63,142 bases of DNA, taken from positions 1-63,142 of the forward strand of contig BTVJ01000045.1 of the NCBI GenBank assembly GCA_045863395.1, read 5' to 3'. The notes beneath the pieces were generated by a model. That model worked only from the letters and a program-made list of their open reading frames with translations, made no database searches and was not told where the DNA came from. The first letter of the stretch is position 1. The number at the start of each line of letters is the position of its first letter. A program made the translations under genes and the position numbers. This stretch comes from Myxococcales bacterium (GTDB taxonomy: Bacteria; Myxococcota_A; UBA9042; JABWCM01; BTVJ01). Shown one piece after another: positions 19,149 through 27,597 of this stretch.

Positions 19149-20705
19149 ATGCCGGGTGTAGAGACGCAGCCCCAGGTACGCACGAACGCTCCGAGCGGTG
19201 GGTTGGACGCGGGGCCGCAGGAGCGGGTGATGCCCAAGGGCTTCCCGGCGACCGGGTACGCGGCCCAGCAGGCCTCCGTCGCCCCGGCGGCGGCTCCGGG
19301 TGTCGCGACGGAGAAGCTCGACGACGGCGCAGCGGAGCTCAAAGCGCCGGACGCGGCGGCCCCGACGGGCCCGACGTTCAAGTCCGACCGCTTCCAGCGA
19401 GACCCCGTCCTGCAGAAGGTCCTCGAAGGCAAGCAGTACCTCCGCCAGGGGAGCGGCGGCCTCGCGGTGCGCAAGCTCCAGCAGGCGCTCCTCGATCTCG
19501 GCTACACGCTGCCCAAGTTCGGCGTCGACGGCAGCTTCGGCGGCGAGACGGACAAGGCGGTCCGCGCCTTCCAGGCAGCAGAGGGTGCGAAGGAGGACGG
19601 CGTCGTCGGCCCCGAGACCCTCGGCAAGCTGGACGCGCGGTACGCGACCTTCCAGCCCTACGTGGCGCTCGCGCAGGGCGCCGGCAAGACGGAGGCCGAG
19701 CAGCTCGCGAAGACGCGGACGCTGAAGCCCTCGGAGGCCGAGGCCGCGACCAACGCCCTCGCCCAGAACAAGCCCGGGGCGACGGGCCCCTTCAAGGAGA
19801 CCCTGCCCGACGGCCGCAAGTACGAGCCGGAGATCGAGAAGGCCCTGATCGCCGCGACGGACGAGGCGCTCGCGCGGCTCGTGACGGGCAAGGCGGACAA
19901 GCGGAAGGACGCGGCCAACCTCTACGACTGGAAAGAGATCGAGGACGTAGCGACCATCGGCAAGCGGGAGACCGACGCGGTGTTCGGCAACTATGCCTCG
20001 AAGCCGGCGCTGAAGTCGGGCATCAATCTCAAGGATCAGTGGGAGGTCGAGGAGAAGAAGCAGGGCAAGATGACGGCCGACCAGCTCCTCGACGTGGCGC
20101 GGGAGCTGACCGATTACTTCCTGCAGACGCGGCCCCAGGTCCTCGCGGTCAAGAAGGAGCACAGCGCGGGCAGCGGCGCGAAGGAGACGGCCATCGCGCT
20201 CGCCGTCCGCGAGCGGGTCGCGAAGGCGCGCACCGCCGATCTCTGCGCCATCCAGAAGGCCTGGCCCGGCGAGGCCACGCCGTCGACGGGCGAGGTGCGG
20301 ATTCAGCGCTTCAAGGGCGACGACGCGGCGAAGACGCGGCAGCAGATGTGGAGATACCTGCGGACCTTCATCCACGAGTATCTCCACACGGCGACGCACC
20401 CGAAGTACTTCGAGTATGCCGGAACCCTGAGCGGCGACCGCGAGAACGCCTTGAGCGAGGGCATGACGGACGTCCTGACCAAGACGGTCTGGTCCAAGGT
20501 GGCGTTCGCGGATCCGAAGCTGCAGAAGGACGTCGAGGGCCCGTACTTCGTGCCCGGCAGCCCGGTCACGGTGCCGGACATGCCGCAGTACCGGTCGACG
20601 CCGCGCGCCGAGGAGATGATGGGCATCGTCGGGGCCCACAACGTCTATGCGGCGTACTTCCTCGGCCACACGAAGCTGATCGGCGACAAGCGGAAGGCGC
20701 CGTGA
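19149..20705 (+). CDS. Peptidoglycan-binding domain protein with a C-terminal HExxH zinc-metallopeptidase-like domain
   Basis: LRQGSGGLAVRKLQQALLDLGY..FGVDGSFGGETDKAVRAFQ..DGVVGPETLGKLD (PG_binding_1); FIHEYLH...LSEGMTD. GGAGGA RBS; no Sec signal visible. Confidence 0.85.
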   Translation: MPGVETQPQVRTNAPSGGLDAGPQERVMPKGFPATGYAAQQASVAPAAAPGVATEKLDDGAAELKAPDAAAPTGPTFKSDRFQRDPVLQKVLEGKQYLRQGSGGLAVRKLQQALLDLGYTLPKFGVDGSFGGETDKAVRAFQAAEGAKEDGVVGPETLGKLDARYATFQPYVALAQGAGKTEAEQLAKTRTLKPSEAEAATNALAQNKPGATGPFKETLPDGRKYEPEIEKALIAATDEALARLVTGKADKRKDAANLYDWKEIEDVATIGKRETDAVFGNYASKPALKSGINLKDQWEVEEKKQGKMTADQLLDVARELTDYFLQTRPQVLAVKKEHSAGSGAKETAIALAVRERVAKARTADLCAIQKAWPGEATPSTGEVRIQRFKGDDAAKTRQQMWRYLRTFIHEYLHTATHPKYFEYAGTLSGDRENALSEGMTDVLTKTVWSKVAFADPKLQKDVEGPYFVPGSPVTVPDMPQYRSTPRAEEMMGIVGAHNVYAAYFLGHTKLIGDKRKAP

Positions 20706-21292
20706 GGCGCATCGGGGCGGCGCTCGCGCTCATGGGGACCATGGCGCTTGCGACCGCCGAGGAGCGAGCGATGGACACCGGTGCCACAGATCGTTGCAGG
20801 CAGGCGCTGACCGCACTCCGTGGCCTCGACCTGACCGGCTGGGCGGGCCTCCCGGAAGCCTGCGGGCTCGCCGATGTCATGAGCGCCCTCGGTGTGCCGC
20901 AGGAGTCCGTGGGACGCGGCCTGCTCGGCAGCGAGAAGGCCGCCCATGCGCTGCGGCTCGTCCGCGTGGAGGGGCACGACGAGCCGGTGCGGCTCTGGTT
21001 CGACGGGGACGCGCTCCTGGCGCTGGACGTCGAGTATCCTGAGCCCACCGGCGGACTCGCCGCCTGGGAGCGCACGCTCGGCAAGCCGTCGTTGGTGCTC
21101 GACTTCGTCTGGGGTCACCTGCCGGTCCGCGAGGGTGAGCGCGTCTGGCCCGAACGCGGCGTCGCAGTCTTCGTCAACGCCGCCAACGGCGCGCTCCTGC
21201 GGGCATTTTTCTTCCGCCCCACGACCGCCGACGTCTACACGCGCCGCCTCCGCCTCGACCTCGAGACACGGAGATTGCCCGACGGGCCGTAG
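20702..21292 (+). CDS. Hypothetical protein coupled to the upstream peptidase (possible partner or immunity protein)
   Basis: GTGA overlap with the 20705 stop and an N-terminal hydrophobic stretch. Alternative ATG at 20771 is preceded by GAGGAG. Confidence 0.7.
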   Translation: MRRIGAALALMGTMALATAEERAMDTGATDRCRQALTALRGLDLTGWAGLPEACGLADVMSALGVPQESVGRGLLGSEKAAHALRLVRVEGHDEPVRLWFDGDALLALDVEYPEPTGGLAAWERTLGKPSLVLDFVWGHLPVREGERVWPERGVAVFVNAANGALLRAFFFRPTTADVYTRRLRLDLETRRLPDGP

Positions 21293-21314
21293 CCGCGAGT
21301 CGGCCGCCAATCCC

Positions 21315-22313
21315 TCACTCCTCGATTCCCACCCGGCGCAGGATGTCGTGACAGAGACGGGCGAAGTCGTCGCGGCACCGGCCCACCGCCTTGACGTGAG
21401 CACCCATGGCGCCGTCTGCCGGAGTCAGGCGAAACATGGGCTTCCGGGCGTCCTGGGCCAGCGGCATCAAGCTCTGATAGTGGCGCAGGACGCCGAGACA
21501 GGACGGGTCCTCCTGGAAACCGAGACCGGCGGCTGAGCTGTCGTCCAGCACGAAGCGATGGTAGATCTCTGGCGCGCGGCCCACCCAGCGGTCATAGGCC
21601 CTGACAGGCCGGTCGAGGCGCATCCCGGTCTGCATCACCAGGTAGCCGAGCGGGTTCATACGCCCCGCCGGCAATTCGAGGCCCGCGTCCAGGTCCATTG
21701 GCCGGCGCGCCAGCCGATCATCCCAGGCCGCGCGCCAGGAGCGCAGCGTCGGCCCCAGGTTTCGCAGCCCCTGCATGGAGAAGAGATCCGGGGACAGGGG
21801 CGTGAGCACGTGGTCGGCCGCCAGCAGGGCGGAGCGGTTGATTGCCCCCAGGTTCGGGCCCACGTCGATGAGCACGACCTCTGCCTCGTGCTCCTTGGCG
21901 GCGGCCGAGATGGCGCGGTGAAACGCCGACTGCACGCGGAAGGCCGCCTCGTCCCGGTCGAGGACCTTGGGCCAGGTCTCAGACAGCTTGTCTTCAAAGG
22001 CGGACAGGGCGAGGTCACCCACGAGCAGCCCCAGGCGATCATCCACCGACTCGACGTGCGGGGCGCCGATGTCCCCCGTGCCCCGCAGGATGGGGCGCAG
22101 GCACCCGAGCAGAGTCTCCGTGTGCTCCCCGTCCAGGGGCCACAGCTCCTCGAGGCGGTCCTCGTCCAGACACATGGCCGTGAGGTTGGACTGGGGGTCC
22201 AGGTCGACCATGAGCACGCGATGTCCCAGGTCGCCGAGCATGGACGCGATGTGGTACACCAGGGTTGTCTTGCCGACTCCCCCCTTGTTGTTGAAGAAGG
22301 CGAGAGAGATCAT
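21315..22313 (-). CDS. ParA/MinD-family ATPase (long orphan type)
   Basis: FFNNKGGVGKTT, VDLDPQSNLT and LIDVGPNLGAINRSAL. Confidence 0.9.
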   Translation of the reverse strand: MISLAFFNNKGGVGKTTLVYHIASMLGDLGHRVLMVDLDPQSNLTAMCLDEDRLEELWPLDGEHTETLLGCLRPILRGTGDIGAPHVESVDDRLGLLVGDLALSAFEDKLSETWPKVLDRDEAAFRVQSAFHRAISAAAKEHEAEVVLIDVGPNLGAINRSALLAADHVLTPLSPDLFSMQGLRNLGPTLRSWRAAWDDRLARRPMDLDAGLELPAGRMNPLGYLVMQTGMRLDRPVRAYDRWVGRAPEIYHRFVLDDSSAAGLGFQEDPSCLGVLRHYQSLMPLAQDARKPMFRLTPADGAMGAHVKAVGRCRDDFARLCHDILRRVGIEE

Positions 22314-23548
22314 GGCCGTGGCCTCAACGTGGCGAGGACGTGGCCCCTCCCGACGTCGAACGCGGGGGGCGGGTTGCCGTTTTGCAGGCAGCTCCTGCGG
22401 GCGATGGCGATGCCCATGCCGAACCGCTGGACGAACCCCAGGAGCTTCAGCCCCTCAGCGAGCAGCGGGTTCCGGTAGTCGGTCGCGTAGGGCTCTCCGA
22501 AGGTCTCGGGAGTGACACACCCATAGGGCCCGCCAGGGCTCGCGATCTCGATGCGGTCGTCAAACCAGGTGAGGCGCACGGGGGCGTTGGACTCGTAGGT
22601 CCGGTGCATCAACGCGTTCGCGAGGAGCTGCATCACCGCCTCGTGCGGATAGTCCGGCTGGCGGACATCCGTCGGTCCGGTCCCGACGGAGAGGGGCGTG
22701 CGGATGCCAAGGGAGACGAGGTCCGAGGCCTGCCGAAGGATGTGCGGCACCGGCCCCGAGAGCACCTTCTGATCGGCCACAGGGTCCCCCAGCTCTCGAC
22801 CCTGGACGCGGAGGAACTGCACGTAGGCCCCAGGGAGCCACGCGCCTGGGTCGCGGCCGAGGAGCAGCACGGCCCCAATCGTCGGCTCCCCCGTCGGGGC
22901 GAGCAGGTGGAGCGCGCGGAGGCGATCCGCGGTGGAGCGGTCGTTTGTCTCCAGGACGTCGCGGGCGAAGGCGGCCGGCAGGTAGGTGGAGGTGAACGCG
23001 TCGAGGTCCAGCTCGTCGAGGGTCGCGCCTCGCACGGGTCCGCGGTCGTGCTCCCGGTCGCCCGAGCGACGCCGCTCGGTCAGGATGCGCTCCTCGTCCC
23101 GGCTCGCGATGCCGCGGCGGGGCCCGACGCGGATCCACACCCGCCCGTCGTACCGCACCGGCGGGTCGCCGGATGGGTGGACGGTCACGACGGCCACGGC
23201 CGCGCCGCCCAGGGTGCGCCGCTGCACGACCATCACCGGCAGCGGGAGCACCTTGCCGTCGCTGCGGATGGCGCCCAGGTTCTGAAGGAGCTCGTCGGTG
23301 ATCGCCAGCCCCGTCGGTGTCCCGTCGTCGCGGAGCCCTACCATGACGACGCCGGGGAGGCCCGAGCCGGGGAGGTCATTGGCGAAGGCGCAGACGGCCT
23401 GGGCGATCTTCTCGCGAGCAGAGCCGGCGAAGGACTCCTTGCGCTCGACCCGATCCGACTCCAGGTCCCGGGCCAGCGCCTCCAGCTCCGTGTTGCTCCA
23501 CATCATCGACTCCGCACCAAACAGATCGTCTACCGACTCGTCCTTCAT
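22310..23548 (-). CDS. AlbA_2 (Schlafen-like) domain + HATPase_c_4-like protein
   Basis: ESDRVERKES..AVCAFAND..GVVMVGLRDDG, then LLANALMHRTY..FDDRIEIASPGG..YRNPLLAEGL..VQRFGMGI. ATGA overlap with the ParA gene. The true start may be about 45 nt downstream of 23548. Confidence 0.85.
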   Translation of the reverse strand: MKDESVDDLFGAESMMWSNTELEALARDLESDRVERKESFAGSAREKIAQAVCAFANDLPGSGLPGVVMVGLRDDGTPTGLAITDELLQNLGAIRSDGKVLPLPVMVVQRRTLGGAAVAVVTVHPSGDPPVRYDGRVWIRVGPRRGIASRDEERILTERRRSGDREHDRGPVRGATLDELDLDAFTSTYLPAAFARDVLETNDRSTADRLRALHLLAPTGEPTIGAVLLLGRDPGAWLPGAYVQFLRVQGRELGDPVADQKVLSGPVPHILRQASDLVSLGIRTPLSVGTGPTDVRQPDYPHEAVMQLLANALMHRTYESNAPVRLTWFDDRIEIASPGGPYGCVTPETFGEPYATDYRNPLLAEGLKLLGFVQRFGMGIAIARRSCLQNGNPPPAFDVGRGHVLATLRPRP

Positions 23549-23608
23549 GCCACATGGACGATGCGGGCGCCAGCCGCGGGGGAACTCCTTCGTGGTCGGC
23601 CGAGTGGC

Positions 23609-25543
23609 TCACACCCCGGAGGCGGTGGCGCGCCCGCCGCGTGGCCCGCCCGTCAGGCTCTTCGCCAGGATCGCCGCCCGGACGGCCCGGGCCTCCCGCA
23701 CCCACTGGCCGTCGTGAGTAGCCCAGGCGATGAAGGCGTCCAGGTGCTCCACGATGCGCGCCACCGCGTCCGGGTCGCGGTAGAAGCTCGGGGCCAGGTG
23801 CGGCTCGGTGCGGGGGCCGTCGTGCAGCGGGAGCAGGCGGATGCGCAGGCCTCGCGCCCGCGCCAGCTCGCCGAAGGGGATCAGCGTGTGGGCCGCCGTC
23901 GGCTGCACCACGAAGCTCAGCGAGACGCCGAACGGGCGGAAGTGGCCGTCTCGGAACCGGAGCAGGGCGTCCACGTTGCGCAGCAGCTCCTCCAGAGCGA
24001 CGCCGCGCTGGACCTGCTCGTAGACCTCCGGGGTGCCGGCGTTGACGCTGATGGTCACGTCGCCGAGGCTGCACTTGGTCATGCGCGCCAATAGGCGCTC
24101 CGTGAGGAGGCTCCCGTTGGTCACCAGGTTGACCACGGGGTCTGGCGTGCGGGTGGCGTCGAAGCTCTGCAGGAAGCGGATGGTGTCGGGGCTGGCCAGG
24201 GGCTCGCCGCCGAGGAGCGTGATGTTCTCCAGGGTGGGGAGCAGGCGCTCCACGTCGTCCCAGATGGCGGCGCTCAGCTCCCGGCGGGGCGTGCGCCCGT
24301 AGTCGCACATGATGCAGTCGTAGTTGCAGTAGGTGCTGGGCGCGAAGGCGAGGCGGGTCGGCAGCCCGCGGACCTCCTCGCGGCGCTCGGCGATGTCCTC
24401 CGCCAGCAGGAGCTGGTTCTCCACGAAGCGCGGGGAGCCGTCCTGGATGCGGAGCGCCTTCTCCGACCACGCGTGGTCGTAGAGGCGCGGGCAGATGGGG
24501 CGGCAGAGCGTCTCTAGAGTACCCGCGCCCATGACACGGCGCGCCTCCCGGTACCCAGGGCCGTTCCAGACGTCGAGGAGGGACTCGCCGTCGAGCATCG
24601 CTCGTGCGCCGATGGTCCACTCGGTGCAGCACTGGTGGACCTCGCCGATGGGATCCACCACCTGGAGCGTGGTCCAAGGAGTGGTGCACACCACCGGGGG
24701 CGCCGTCCGCCTGGCGATGATCGCGGCAGACACCGGGCGGTGCCGCAGGCGCTGGGGCGGCGCCGCGTCCACGAGGACGGGCGTCGGCTCCACGTCCAGC
24801 GCCCCCGGGTCGCGGAAGTGGCAGCGGGTGGCCAGCGCGCAGGCGGCGCACGCGGGAAGCACGTCGTTGGGGGTGTCCCGATCACGGAGGGTGCTGCTCC
24901 AGGCGCCGCGGCGGAGCTCCCAAGCTCGTGGCACGGCGCACGGGGGCAGGTAGCCGCGGTGGGGTATGCGCCAGCCGGAGAGCTGCAGGTTGTCGCACCG
25001 GCCGAGCAGCGCCTCGATGGCGTCCGCGGGGATGGGCCCCGGCTCGGTGCGCTCGTCCTGGCGCGTGATCTCCAACCACACCGGCGTCGGGGCGACCCGC
25101 GCGGCCAGGGGGGCCACGATGGCGAAGGTCGACGGCCGGACGGCCGCGATGACGTCCACGGAGAGCCCGACGGCCTGGGCCCGCGCGACCGCCGCGACGG
25201 GCTCGCCCACGCCCAGCCGTGCGGCCATGCGCTCCCCGAGCGCCTCGGCAAACACGGAGACCCCCGTGGCGCCGGCAGCGGCGAGGCGCGAGAGCACCTG
25301 GGCCGACAGCGCGGCGGCGGGCGCCTCGACCCAGACCCGCAGGGGTTCGAAGCGGCGGCGGTTGGCGTCGAGGAGCTCCCACAGGTGGGGCCAGGCCGTG
25401 GCGTCACCCCCGCCGAGGCGCAGGGTGGGGGCGTCATCGTGGACCAGGACGGACGCGAGGTCGGGCGCGGCGCCGGGGGCGCACACCGAGCACGAGGGGC
25501 ACCGGCGGGGGCACTCCGGCGAGACGACGACGCGGCGGATCAT
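23609..25543 (-). CDS. Radical SAM/SPASM protein with an additional degenerate N-terminal radical-SAM-like domain
   Basis: N-terminal CPRRCPSC..LRLGGGD; mid CAACALATRC; SPASM-like CTTPW..QCC..LLDVWNG..CRPICP; then CNYDCIMC, LLGGEPL and VTNGSLL. GGAG precedes ATG 25543. Confidence 0.85.
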   Translation of the reverse strand: MIRRVVVSPECPRRCPSCSVCAPGAAPDLASVLVHDDAPTLRLGGGDATAWPHLWELLDANRRRFEPLRVWVEAPAAALSAQVLSRLAAAGATGVSVFAEALGERMAARLGVGEPVAAVARAQAVGLSVDVIAAVRPSTFAIVAPLAARVAPTPVWLEITRQDERTEPGPIPADAIEALLGRCDNLQLSGWRIPHRGYLPPCAVPRAWELRRGAWSSTLRDRDTPNDVLPACAACALATRCHFRDPGALDVEPTPVLVDAAPPQRLRHRPVSAAIIARRTAPPVVCTTPWTTLQVVDPIGEVHQCCTEWTIGARAMLDGESLLDVWNGPGYREARRVMGAGTLETLCRPICPRLYDHAWSEKALRIQDGSPRFVENQLLLAEDIAERREEVRGLPTRLAFAPSTYCNYDCIMCDYGRTPRRELSAAIWDDVERLLPTLENITLLGGEPLASPDTIRFLQSFDATRTPDPVVNLVTNGSLLTERLLARMTKCSLGDVTISVNAGTPEVYEQVQRGVALEELLRNVDALLRFRDGHFRPFGVSLSFVVQPTAAHTLIPFGELARARGLRIRLLPLHDGPRTEPHLAPSFYRDPDAVARIVEHLDAFIAWATHDGQWVREARAVRAAILAKSLTGGPRGGRATASGV

Positions 25544-25692
25544 GCTGCTCCAGGGGTGGTGGTCACGGCGCCTCGGCTCCGGGTGGCCAGTGCCCCGGTC
25601 GTGCGGGGCCATCGTCACGAGAGCCTCGGCAGGTGGCGCACGGCCCCGTGAAGTCTACCGGTCGGGTCATTGCCGGGCAAACGTGCGAGGGG

Positions 25693-25721
25693 TTGAAGTC
25701 GCCGGCGCGGTCCGCTAGAGT
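25693..25721 (+). promoter_or_regulatory. Putative sigma70-type promoter of the metal-uptake operon
   Basis: TTGAAG (25693-98), 17-nt spacer, TAGAGT (25716-21), about 60 nt upstream of ATG 25783. Confidence 0.5.
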
Positions 25722-25782
25722 CCGCCACGGCCCGCGCTGCGGGCACCGACGCATCCTCGCTTGGACCACCGGAACGTCGCCG

Positions 25783-26178
25783 ATGCACCGCACGCCCACC
25801 GCCGCACGACCCGCACGCGCCCTGCTCGGCGTGGCGCTGGCGCTCGTGCTGGCCCAGCTCGGGGCGTCGCTTCACTACGTCGCGGTGCCGCACACGACCT
25901 GCGCCCATGGCGACGTCGTCCATGGCGACCCCGTGGGGAGCCACCGGGATGCTCCACCCGCGGAGGACTCCTGGGCGTCGGACCCGCCCGCGTCCCACGA
26001 GCACGACCACTGCACCCTGGCCGTCGAGGTGCGCTCGTGGCACCAGCCGGGCTGCCCGCAGACTGGCGTCGACTCTCTCCGCGCCGCCCTCGTCGCGTCG
26101 CCGTTGGCGCTCTCCGATCCCGCCTCCCCCAACAGCCCCGTGTGGCTGCTGGCCCCCAAAGCATCTCCACCCGCCTGA
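25783..26178 (+). CDS. His/Cys-rich leader protein, DUF2946-like, ending APKASPPA
   Basis: Hydrophobic N-region, H..VPHTTCAHGDVVH, HEHDHC and a C-terminal Pro-rich tail. First ORF before the metal receptor. Confidence 0.72.
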   Translation: MHRTPTAARPARALLGVALALVLAQLGASLHYVAVPHTTCAHGDVVHGDPVGSHRDAPPAEDSWASDPPASHEHDHCTLAVEVRSWHQPGCPQTGVDSLRAALVASPLALSDPASPNSPVWLLAPKASPPA

Positions 26179-26272
26179 ACGCGTCGCTCTGGTCCCGGGC
26201 CTGAGATCCGCAGGTCCCCTCCTGAAGACGATGCGGGCGCCTCCGCGTGGTGGGGCGCCGTCGAGGTACGTC

Positions 26273-27586
26273 ATGTCAACGTGCGGAAGGGGCGCCCCGT
26301 GGCGCCTCTTGCGGTGTGCGTGCGGGGCAGTCGCTCTGGCGTCTGTGACCCCGATCCTCGCAGCGGAGCCTGAACCGACCGAGCAGCCCGTCGCTCCTGT
26401 TGGGACGCCCGCCGGGGCCGAGCCCGAGCGAGACGAGGCCGAGCCCCAGCCCACGCTCACCCCCGAGGAGCAGGAGGCCCTGGAGCGCAGCCTGGGCGCC
26501 GACCAGGCCGCGAAGCCGAGCGCGCTGGACGCCCTGGGCCCCGTGGGCGGCGCCATCCAGAGCATGAACCCGGACATCGCCGTCGTCCTGGACTTCGCCG
26601 CCGCCTGGTTCAGCGGCGACGGCGCCCGGGGGACCGGCGGGCACGACCCGCAGCGCACGGGCTTCAACCTGCAGCAGCTCGAGATGAGCATCGGCGCCTC
26701 GGTGGACCCGGTCTTCCGCTTCGACGCCAACTTGGTGTTCGCTCAATACGGCGTGGAGCTGGAGGAGGCCTACGGCACGACCCTCGGCATCCCGGGCGGG
26801 CTCCAGGTGCGCTTCGGTCAGATGCTGACGCGCTTCGGGCGCATCAACTCGACCCACCCCCACGCCTGGAGCTTCGTGGACCAGCCCCTGGTCAACGGCA
26901 AGATGTTCGGCAGCGAGGGGAGCCGCGGCCTCGGCGGCGAGCTGTCCTGGCTCACGCCCCTTCCTTGGTACGTGGAGCTTGTGGCGTCTGCGTCGGAGGC
27001 CGGCGGCGAGGCCACCGCGCGCAGCTTCTTCGGGGGCGACGACCTCGGGGTGTCGGGTCCCGAGGACCTGCTCTACACCCTGGCGCTCAAGCAGTTCTTC
27101 CCCTTCGACGACGACTGGTCGCTGGCCTGGGGCCTCTCCGCGCAGCTCGGGCCCAACTCCACGGGCAACGGCAACCGCACGGAGATCTACGGCTCCGATC
27201 TCTACCTGCGCTACTACCCCGTCGCGACCCAGACCCGCATGTCGCTGAGCCTGACCGTGGAGGGGATGTTTCGGACGCGCCAGGTGCCCGATGATGTGCT
27301 CCAGGACTGGGGAGGCTACGCGCAGCTCGTGTGGGGAATTGATCGCGAGTGGGAGGTGGGAGCCCGCGCCGAGGTGGTCTCGGGCCGCGAAGGCGACCCG
27401 CTGGACCCGCAGTGGGATGGCGACCGCGCTCGGTACGCGCTCGAGGGCACGTACTACCCGTCGCACTTCTCGCGCATCCGTCTTCAGGCCGCGGCCGACG
27501 TGCCCGCGTGGCTCGACGAGCCGGTCTGGTCCGTGGCGCTCGCCGTCGAGCTGGTCGTAGGCGCCCACGGCTCCCACGCATTCTGA
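26273..27586 (+). CDS. Zinc-regulated-type outer-membrane receptor/porin
   Basis: MNPDIAVVLD, GGHDPQRTGFNLQQLE, ASVDP, FGRINSTHPHAW, PSHFSRIRLQ and C-terminal GAHGSHAF. Confidence 0.82.
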   Translation: MSTCGRGAPWRLLRCACGAVALASVTPILAAEPEPTEQPVAPVGTPAGAEPERDEAEPQPTLTPEEQEALERSLGADQAAKPSALDALGPVGGAIQSMNPDIAVVLDFAAAWFSGDGARGTGGHDPQRTGFNLQQLEMSIGASVDPVFRFDANLVFAQYGVELEEAYGTTLGIPGGLQVRFGQMLTRFGRINSTHPHAWSFVDQPLVNGKMFGSEGSRGLGGELSWLTPLPWYVELVASASEAGGEATARSFFGGDDLGVSGPEDLLYTLALKQFFPFDDDWSLAWGLSAQLGPNSTGNGNRTEIYGSDLYLRYYPVATQTRMSLSLTVEGMFRTRQVPDDVLQDWGGYAQLVWGIDREWEVGARAEVVSGREGDPLDPQWDGDRARYALEGTYYPSHFSRIRLQAAADVPAWLDEPVWSVALAVELVVGAHGSHAF

Positions 27587-27597
27587 GAGGAGGTCCC

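Noticed and set aside
21315..22313. Plasmid or chromosome partition locus
   Set aside because: No parB, parS-like palindrome or rep gene is visible.
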